Source: a bacterium | GTDB lineage: Bacteria; Chloroflexota; Dormibacteria; Aeolococcales; Bog-877 | NCBI GenBank assembly: GCA_021785655.1 | Contig: JAJYET010000002.1 | Span: forward strand, 82,391-146,390 | Direction: 5' to 3' | DNA length: 64,000 nucleotides | Position numbers and translations under genes: made by a program | The notes under the pieces: generated by a model | What the model was told of the DNA's origin: nothing | The model's input: the letters and a program-made list of their open reading frames with translations, nothing else | The model's database searches: none | Part shown: piece after piece, positions 57,835-64,000 of the stretch | Layout: each line of letters opens with the position of its first letter | Position numbering within the stretch: the stretch's first letter is position 1

Positions 57835-59142
57835 ATGGGAGAGGGAGTTGCGAGAGGAGCTAGGTTGAGGGTTGTTCTGATCTCTCCTCCCTGGTACCCG
57901 GTCCCCCCCGAGGGATACGGGGGAATAGAGCTGGTGGTGGGGCTCCTGGCCCTGGGGCTGGAGAGGCGCGGGCACCAGGTCATCGTTCTCGGGGCGGAGG
58001 GGTCGCGGATTCCCGGGGCGGTGGCGCTGGCACCTTCCGAATACGGGCGCCACCTGGGACGAGTGGATGAGCGCTGGTTCGACCTCGCCTATTCCCATGC
58101 GGTCCTGGAGTGGATCAGGGAGCACGGCGCGGGAGCCGTCATCCACGATCACAGTGGAGGGATCGTCGCCATCGCCCTGGACTCCCTCCTCTGGGAGCTG
58201 CCCACCCTGCACACGGTCCACGGACCGGTGGGAGAAGGGGAGTCGGAGTTCTACTCCAAATTGGGGCAGGCGACGGGGTTGGTCGCGATCTCCCGCTCCC
58301 AGATGGCTCTGGCGCCCCGGCTGCGCTGGGCCGGCTGGGTCCACAACGCGGTGGATCTTGACTCCCTCCCCTCCCCCGAGCCTGCCTCCCCGGACCGCTA
58401 CCTGCTCACCCTGGCGCGCATCAGCCCCCAGAAGGGACAGCACCTGGCCATCGAGGTGGCGCGGAGAACCGGGATGCGCCTCGTGCTCGCGGGCAAGGTG
58501 GAGGCCACGCCGGAGGGACGCGCCTACTTCGAGGAGCGGGTGCGCCCCCACCTGGACGGCGGCCAGGTCCGCCATCTCCCCAACGTGTATGGCCGGGAGA
58601 AGGCCGGGCTTCTCTCCCGTGCCTGGGCCATGCTGCTGCCCCTGCGCTGGGAGGAGCCGTTCGGGCTGGCGATGGCCGAAGCCATGGCCTGCGGGACTCC
58701 GGTCGTGGCTCTGGACCGGGGCTCCGCAAGGGAGCTGGTCCGGGATGGGGAGACCGGCTTCGTCGGGAAGAATTTAGAGGAGCTGGTCGCCAAGACCCAG
58801 GAGTGCGGCAAGCTGGATCGCGCCGCCATCGCCGTCTGGGCGCGGCAACGCTTCTCTCCGGCGCGGATGGCGGCCGAGTACGAGGCGCTCTACCGGCAGG
58901 TCGCCGCGGGGCGCCTGCGCTCAGCTGCCGAACCACGGGGGCGCCACCTGGACGATCTCGGCTTCTACCCCGAAGAGCTCCGCGCGGCGCAGCTCGGTGC
59001 CGTTTCGGCCCCGGTGGGCCCAAATGTTGAGGCGCCCGCCACCGACTGGCACCCCCTCCACCCGAAGGTCCGGACACCAGGACGGGAGCTGTGGATGGAC
59101 GTAGAGCCGCCCCTCCCCGAGGTCCGGGTGGAGACCGAGTAG
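57835..59142 (+). CDS. GT4-family glycosyltransferase (with ~80-aa C-terminal tail overlapping the convergent gene)
   Basis: RVVLISPPWYPVPPEGYGGIELVV is the GT4 N-domain. EEPFGLAMAEAMACGTPVVALDRGSARELV is the GT-B C-domain E-x7-E region. The start is ATG 57835 or TTG 57865 (preceded by AGGAG). The ORF runs 222 bp into the convergent debranching-enzyme gene. Confidence 0.7.
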   Translation: MGEGVARGARLRVVLISPPWYPVPPEGYGGIELVVGLLALGLERRGHQVIVLGAEGSRIPGAVALAPSEYGRHLGRVDERWFDLAYSHAVLEWIREHGAGAVIHDHSGGIVAIALDSLLWELPTLHTVHGPVGEGESEFYSKLGQATGLVAISRSQMALAPRLRWAGWVHNAVDLDSLPSPEPASPDRYLLTLARISPQKGQHLAIEVARRTGMRLVLAGKVEATPEGRAYFEERVRPHLDGGQVRHLPNVYGREKAGLLSRAWAMLLPLRWEEPFGLAMAEAMACGTPVVALDRGSARELVRDGETGFVGKNLEELVAKTQECGKLDRAAIAVWARQRFSPARMAAEYEALYRQVAAGRLRSAAEPRGRHLDDLGFYPEELRAAQLGAVSAPVGPNVEAPATDWHPLHPKVRTPGRELWMDVEPPLPEVRVETE

Positions 59143-61113
59143 AACTCTCATGGCCTGGAAGACGGAACCGGCGGCCCAGGCCTGGGGGCGGTTGGCGAGA
59201 GGGTAGGGCACCGGGTGGGCGGATCCATCACGGGCGAGGCCGGAGAACAGTTCCGGCAGCTGGAAGTCGAAGGCCGTGGCCGCGTCGAGCACCCCGTCGA
59301 GAAGGCGCCATGCCCCTTCGAGCCGACCGTAGCGGGCCAGCCCGGCGGCACCGATGACGGTGTCATGGGGCCAGACCGATCCGGACTGGTAGCTATGCGG
59401 GTCGAAGCTGGGGTGGAGGGTGGAGAGCGTCCTGAGTCCCCAGCCGGAGAAGAGGTCCGGGGACATCAGCCGCTCCGCGCAAAGTCGGGCCGGCTCGGGC
59501 TCCAGGATGCCCGCCCAGAGGCAGTGGCCGGGATTGGAGCTGGCGGTGAACAGCGGTCGCTTGTTGCCGTCCAGGGCCAGCGCCAGCCGGTCTCCGTCCC
59601 AGTAGCGGCGGCGGAAAAGCTCCTTCAGGGCGGCAGCCTCAGCTTCCAGCCTGGCGGCGGCGGCGGGGTCTCCCCAGGCCCTGAACAGGTCCGCCGCGCC
59701 CGACTTGGCTGCGAACACGTAGCCCTGCAGTTCGCAGGTGGCCAGCGGCAGGGGTGGCAGTCCGCCGAACTCGTCCAGGATCCCATCCTCGGCGTCCCGC
59801 CAGCTCTGGTTTCGATAGTTCCCCGGGGCCATCGGCCGGTACTCCTGAAGGCCGTCGTGGTCCAGGTCCCCGTAGCGATCGATCCACTCCAGCGCCCGAA
59901 GCGCCACCGGCTGAAGGGGTTTCAGGGCCTGGGCGTCTCCCGTCCAGCGCCAGAGCTCAACCAGGAGAAGCAGGTAGAGGGCAGTGGCGTCCGCGGTGCC
60001 GTAGTAGGGGGAGTGGGGCACGGTGGCGAAGTGGGCCCACTCTCCTCGACGCAGTTCGTGAAGGATCTTCCCGGGCTCAGCGTCGCGGAAGGGGTCGGAC
60101 TGCTTTGCCTGGAGATCCCCCAGCCACCGGAGAGTGGCCATGGCCAGCCGGGGATCCACGATCAAAGATTGGAGGGCCGCGATCAGCGAGTCTCGGCCGA
60201 AGAGGGCCACGAACCACGGCGTCCCCGCTGCCGGCACCCAGAGGCCGTGTGAGGGAGCGGGGCTATCCATCCGCAGAGATGCGAAGTCACTCACCGCTCT
60301 CCGGTAGGCCCCCTCGAGGCGAAGGTCTGCTGCGGACAGATGGGGCACGGAGCGCTGCCACCGGCGCTCCTGGACAGCGGGGCGGGACCAGCCTTGAGAG
60401 TCCTTCAGGGGGCAGGGGCGGAACCCGGGCCGAGCTCCGGGACGGTCGATGAGGTCGTGCTGCAGGCACAGCCGCCACTCGCCGCCGGGTCGCAGCTCGA
60501 GAGGGAAGCGGAGCTCCCCGTTGGCATACCCCGCGCCGGCCACCCGGGGTCTGAACCTCAGCAGGTGGCGGCGCACGAAGTCCTCGCGGCGATAGGCCGT
60601 CTCCAGCCCGCGGCGGGGGTCCCAGGAGGTGGACAGGTGGGTTCGGCGTTGCCACCTCTGGGTCCTGGCCTCGAAGAGGTCGGCGAAGTCGTCCTCGATG
60701 TGAATCGTGAGCAGCAGGCTGGAGGGAGCGCCACCCCATTGGCGCATGGTCACGTCCTCGTGCATCTGGCCCCAACCGAGGTGCCTTTCGAGGGTCACCG
60801 TGACGGTGCCCGGGCTCGACTCGCCGGCCCCGATCCCACGGCGCCGCGAGGCCAGCAACTCCCACCTCGCGTGCCAGAACCCCCGCCGGGAAACTGACAG
60901 GGGTTGCAGTGGCTCGTCATTGACCGACAGGCGGTACTCCGCTATGTAACGGGTGTCCGCGTGGTAGAGCCCCGAGGACTCCTGCCCACCACCAACGCTG
61001 CCGTCCGCGGCCGCCACGAGGAAGGTGTCCTGGCAGCTGACCGAGATGGGGCGGCCTCCGGAGACTGCTTGCCCCCGTCCCCAGGGGCCGGCGGTGAGGT
61101 AGAGATCGGCCAT
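58921..61113 (-). CDS. amylo-alpha-1,6-glucosidase / glycogen-debranching-enzyme-type protein (N-terminal GDE domain plus GDE_C six-hairpin glycosidase)
   Basis: It is ~730 aa from the Met at 61113 (MADLYLTAGP...). It has a GDE_C-like core (GTPWFVALFGRDSLI, YYGTADATALYLLLL, ELQGYVFAA, ...CLWAGIL, QSGSVWPHD). The 79 upstream codons of the listed ORF are rejected. Confidence 0.7.
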   Translation of the reverse strand: MADLYLTAGPWGRGQAVSGGRPISVSCQDTFLVAAADGSVGGGQESSGLYHADTRYIAEYRLSVNDEPLQPLSVSRRGFWHARWELLASRRRGIGAGESSPGTVTVTLERHLGWGQMHEDVTMRQWGGAPSSLLLTIHIEDDFADLFEARTQRWQRRTHLSTSWDPRRGLETAYRREDFVRRHLLRFRPRVAGAGYANGELRFPLELRPGGEWRLCLQHDLIDRPGARPGFRPCPLKDSQGWSRPAVQERRWQRSVPHLSAADLRLEGAYRRAVSDFASLRMDSPAPSHGLWVPAAGTPWFVALFGRDSLIAALQSLIVDPRLAMATLRWLGDLQAKQSDPFRDAEPGKILHELRRGEWAHFATVPHSPYYGTADATALYLLLLVELWRWTGDAQALKPLQPVALRALEWIDRYGDLDHDGLQEYRPMAPGNYRNQSWRDAEDGILDEFGGLPPLPLATCELQGYVFAAKSGAADLFRAWGDPAAAARLEAEAAALKELFRRRYWDGDRLALALDGNKRPLFTASSNPGHCLWAGILEPEPARLCAERLMSPDLFSGWGLRTLSTLHPSFDPHSYQSGSVWPHDTVIGAAGLARYGRLEGAWRLLDGVLDAATAFDFQLPELFSGLARDGSAHPVPYPLANRPQAWAAGSVFQAMRVLLGLHPDLGEGRLYVHPQLPSWCPDLRVEGVPVGGGRLNIWAHRGRNGTELRRAELFGVEAEIVQVAPPWFGS

Positions 61114-61176
61114 GGGCACATTGTCCCAGCCGCCGGTCGGGGCCCAGCCCAGATCCGCTAAGATGCCCCCGGTCCG

Positions 61177-61262
61177 GCCGAGGTGGTGGAATGGTAGACA
61201 CGCTGCTTTGAGGGGGCAGTGAGCGCAAGCTCGTCCGGGTTCAACTCCCGGTCTCGGCACCA
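61177..61262 (+). tRNA. tRNA-Leu (anticodon GAG), CCA encoded
   Basis: Folded by eye: acceptor GCCGAGG/TCTCGGC with a G-T wobble, D arm GTG/CAC, anticodon stem CTGCT/GGCAG with loop TTGAGGG (GAG), a long variable arm, T arm CCGGGTTCAACTCCCGG, and a 3' ACCA. Confidence 0.75.
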
Positions 61263-61355
61263 GGGCCCCGGCCCCCCGCAGGAGGACACCGAGGGGTCGA
61301 CTTTCCGACCTCCCGGGTAGAATTTGCTTGGGGGTCGTACCGGCCCCCAAGGAGG

Positions 61356-62705
61356 GTGGGCGTGCCGGGAGTGGATCCCGGCCGCGAGGGGAATGGGCGG
61401 GCAGCCGGGTTGGCCTCGCTGCCGAGTGCCCCGGACCGCCCGGCGGGGGCCGGCGTTTCCGGGCTGGAGCGGGCGAGAGGTCCGCGCCCTGTCTGGATAG
61501 CGCTGGCGCTCTGGGGGCCGGGGCTCATGGTGATGCTGGCCGACACGGATGTGGGCAGCCTGGCGACGGCCGCCCAGTCCGGCGCCCGCTTTGGGTACGC
61601 CATGGTGGTCCCCCTGGTGGTCCTGATCCCCGTCCTCTACCTCGTGCAGGAGATGACGGTGCGGCTCGGCATCCTCACCGGGCAGGGCCACGCCGCCCTG
61701 ATCCGGCGGTATTTCGGACGCCGCTGGGCGGCCGCAGCCTCGCTGGCGCTGCTGGCCTCGGCGCTGGGTGCGCTGGTGACCGAGTTCGCCGGGGTCGCGG
61801 GGGTGGGGCAGATGTTCGGCGTACCGCGCTGGCTGTCGGTGTCGGTGGCCGCGGCCTTCCTGGTCGGGGTGGCATCCACCGGGAGTTACCGGCGCTCCGA
61901 GCGGATCGGCATCGCGGTGGGCCTGGCGGAGCTGGTGTTCCTGCCGGCCATGATCCTCTCCCATCCTCGACTCCCGGCGCTCCTCTCGGGGATGGCGACC
62001 ATCCCCCACGCCGCGCCCGCATTCCTCTTCCTGCTGGCGGCCAATCTCGGGGCGGTGGTGATGCCCTGGATGATCTTCTATCAGCAGGGGGCGGTGATCG
62101 ATCGGGGCCTGACCCGCGGATCCATCGAAGCCGAGCGACGCAGCACCATGATCGGCGCGCTGCTGACCCAGCTGGTGATGATCTCGGTGGTGGTGGCACT
62201 GGCCGCCACCCTTGGCACATCCCATCCGGATTCGACCCTGCGGACGGTGGGCCAGATTGCAGCCGCGCTCGCCCCCCTCCTGGGCGGCCCCACCGCCCGG
62301 GTCCTGCTCGGGGCAGGGGTGCTGGGAGCCGGCTTGGTGGCGGCTCTGGTGGCCTCCCTGGCCGGAGCCTGGGCTCTCGCCGAGGTGTTCGGCTGGCAGC
62401 ATTCCTTGAACCGCCGCCCGGGTCGGGACACCGCCCCGTTCTATGTCACCTACGCGCTGGCGCTGGCCGCAGGCGCACTGCTCGTGCTGACCCGCACCGA
62501 CCTCATCAGCCTGGCCGTGGACGCCGAGGCGCTCAACGCGGTCCTCCTGCCGGTGGTGCTGGGCTTCCTTCTCCTGCTGGAGGCCCGAGCCCTCCTGCCC
62601 GCGGACCGCCGCCAGGGCTGGAGGAGATGGACCACGGTCGCGGTGTGCGGCCTGGTGGCGGCGCTTGGCGTCGTCGCTGTACCGCTCTCCAGCGGGCTGC
62701 GGTGA
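61356..62705 (+). CDS. NRAMP-related transporter with non-canonical metal-site motifs
   Basis: Its 11-TM organisation and conserved blocks align to MntH (..LATAAQSGARFGY.., ..GAVVMPWMIFYQQG..). The DPGN motif is replaced by DTDV, and MPH by MPW. The start may be downstream of the listed GTG. Confidence 0.6.
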   Translation: MGVPGVDPGREGNGRAAGLASLPSAPDRPAGAGVSGLERARGPRPVWIALALWGPGLMVMLADTDVGSLATAAQSGARFGYAMVVPLVVLIPVLYLVQEMTVRLGILTGQGHAALIRRYFGRRWAAAASLALLASALGALVTEFAGVAGVGQMFGVPRWLSVSVAAAFLVGVASTGSYRRSERIGIAVGLAELVFLPAMILSHPRLPALLSGMATIPHAAPAFLFLLAANLGAVVMPWMIFYQQGAVIDRGLTRGSIEAERRSTMIGALLTQLVMISVVVALAATLGTSHPDSTLRTVGQIAAALAPLLGGPTARVLLGAGVLGAGLVAALVASLAGAWALAEVFGWQHSLNRRPGRDTAPFYVTYALALAAGALLVLTRTDLISLAVDAEALNAVLLPVVLGFLLLLEARALLPADRRQGWRRWTTVAVCGLVAALGVVAVPLSSGLR

Positions 62706-62730
62706 GAGACGCGGGGAGGCGCTGCCCGGG

Positions 62731-63624
62731 TCAGGCGAAGTGGAGCTCCTGAGCGTCGTGATCCGGGCGAAAGCCGATGGCGAGATATATCGAGTTGGAG
62801 GTCGGGTTGGCGAGGTCGGTATAGAGGACTACGTCCCGGGCCCCGGCCAGGAGCGCCGCCTTGGTGGCCACCGCGGTCACCGCCGTCCCGTAGCCGCGCC
62901 GCCGGAACTCAGGCGGCGTGTAGACGGGCCCCACCCTCGCCACTGCCGCGGCCGTCTGACTGGAGCACGCCATGGCCACCGGCTGACCGCCGTCCCACCA
63001 GACGCGCACACCTCCCGCGGCGATGCGCCTCGAGGCGACCAGTCGCCAATCCTGGGCCGGCGCCTGCGGGGTTGCCTCGTCGTGGAACTCCCTCATCCAG
63101 CGTGAGACCAGCTCGGTGTCCTGGGGCGCCCGGGCTCCCGCCGGGTGCCCCGAAGCGCCCTCGGGCGCCGAGAGGCTTTGCAGCCTGTACAGGCGGAGGG
63201 CCGCCACCAACCGCGAGCGCCGACCCGTCAGCTGGCACCAGGCGCTGGCGAAGGCCGAGGTGGAGTCCTTGGCCCCGCTGACCCCGGGGAGCCGACGTTC
63301 CCCCCGGGCCAGGACCCGCGCCAGCTCGTCGGCTGCGGCGGCCGGCATCCGGGACAGGAAGAGCGGGTGGGGAGGCGTGTGCATCGCCACCCCGACGACC
63401 ACTGCCTCCTCCTCGACCGAGATGAAGAGGTCATCACCCGACCCCGGCTGAGCTCCGGCGGCGATCCGCTCCGCCACGTCGGCCACGACGCTGGAGCTCC
63501 AGGGATCAGCGGAGATGAACTCTCCGCTAGCACGAAGGAAAGTCTGCGGGTCCGGCTGGACCTTGACCCTCACATGGAGCCCAACCGGGGCTGGAGCGTG
63601 TCGGTGGTCACCGCTGGTGGCCAC
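62731..63624 (-). CDS. GNAT-family N-acetyltransferase with N-terminal extension
   Basis: The C-terminal motif-A region is RRRGYGTAVTAVATKAALLAGARDVVLYTDLANPTSNSIYLAIGF. It is 297 aa. Confidence 0.6.
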   Translation of the reverse strand: MATSGDHRHAPAPVGLHVRVKVQPDPQTFLRASGEFISADPWSSSVVADVAERIAAGAQPGSGDDLFISVEEEAVVVGVAMHTPPHPLFLSRMPAAAADELARVLARGERRLPGVSGAKDSTSAFASAWCQLTGRRSRLVAALRLYRLQSLSAPEGASGHPAGARAPQDTELVSRWMREFHDEATPQAPAQDWRLVASRRIAAGGVRVWWDGGQPVAMACSSQTAAAVARVGPVYTPPEFRRRGYGTAVTAVATKAALLAGARDVVLYTDLANPTSNSIYLAIGFRPDHDAQELHFA

Positions 63625-64000
63625 GGTCCAGCAGGGGGGTGGGATCGGACAGTCGCGCCACCACGCCGTACAGGAAGCTTGAGGCCGTCATCCCGTCGAT
63701 CACCCGATGGTCGAACGAGAGGGAGAGCACGGCGCACCTTCCTGCCACGACTTGGCCGTCGCGCACCACCGGACGGTCCTGGATCTCGTGAATCCCCAGG
63801 GTGGCGACGTTGGGCCAGTTCACCAGGGGGGTGGCCAGAAGCCCTCCCAGCCTGCCCCCGCTGGAGACGGTGAAGGTGGCGCCGCTGAGCTCGGCCGGGG
63901 AGAGGGTTCCGGCCCGAGCCCCGGCGACCAGTCGCTGGATCTCAGCTTGCAGCTCCGTGGCCGAAGGCCGCCCTGCGGCATGAAGGGTGGCCACCTTGAG
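63608..64000 (-). CDS. 2-oxo acid dehydrogenase E2 (dihydrolipoamide acyltransferase), C-terminal catalytic part; gene continues past window end
   Basis: ..LSLSFDHRVIDGMTASSFL.. is the DHRxxDG catalytic His motif of E2 enzymes. The stop is at 63608. The frame is open to the window edge. Confidence 0.75.
   Translation of the reverse strand, partial: LKVATLHAAGRPSATELQAEIQRLVAGARAGTLSPAELSGATFTVSSGGRLGGLLATPLVNWPNVATLGIHEIQDRPVVRDGQVVAGRCAVLSLSFDHRVIDGMTASSFLYGVVARLSDPTPLLDRGHQR

Noticed and set aside
1-64000. CRISPR arrays, rRNA genes, other regularly spaced short repeats
   Set aside because: Eye-scanning intergenic regions found no repeat-spacer periodicity or rRNA-like conserved stretches. 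The only tandem array is the coding 174-bp repeat in rnc.

Overview
This is a roughly 70% G+C bacterial chromosomal segment, and most genes lie on the minus strand. Nearly all long ORFs antisense to these genes are R/G/P/A-rich artefacts of the GC content. I call about 68 features.

Most of the window is a conserved housekeeping backbone in a Bacillus-like gene order:
- rpsB-tsf-pyrH-frr-uppS-cdsA-dxr-rseP-ispG
- hslV-hslU
- topA
- rplS-trmD-rimM-KH-rpsP-ffh-ylxM-ftsY-smc-rnc-acpP-fabD-rpmF-(coiled-coil gene)-coaD-rsmD-recG-degV-yloV-asp23, with rpmB divergent

The remainder comprises:
- a glycosylation cluster at the 5' end (partial MFS, GT4, amidohydrolase, a 736-aa polytopic membrane protein, a PMT-type protein O-mannosyltransferase, a PH-domain protein)
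- mtnP
- a translationally coupled dsrE/dsrF/dsrH (tusD/C/B-like) sulfur-relay operon fused to an E1-like MoeB/ThiF gene
- tRNA-Leu(UAA) followed by a lower-GC decayed island (transposase C-terminal fragment, secreted protein, cupin fusion, VOC/glyoxalase, TetR, VirD4/TraG-like fragment)
- a TRIC channel, an M20 hydrolase, DUF998, a polysaccharide-deacetylase lipoprotein, an HExxH protein, a cupredoxin, an aminotransferase and a class I amidotransferase
- a second GT-C, an FNR-type reductase, an orphan CpaE/TadZ-like ATPase, a second GT4, a glycogen-debranching-type enzyme, tRNA-Leu(GAG), a divergent NRAMP-like transporter, a GNAT, and a partial 2-oxoacid dehydrogenase E2

The most unusual observations are:
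- RNase III carries a ~330-aa arginine-rich C-terminal extension, encoded partly by ~174-bp tandem DNA repeats.
- The dsrEFH operon is coupled to an E1-like gene.
- The island at tRNA-Leu(UAA) looks like a decayed integrative element.
- The CpaE-like ATPase downstream of rplS has no tad/pilus partners.
- The NRAMP-like transporter has substitutions at both canonical metal-binding motifs.
- HslV carries an N-terminal propeptide before its catalytic Thr.

No CRISPR arrays or rRNA genes were seen. All family assignments are from recalled motifs; I could not run any searches.
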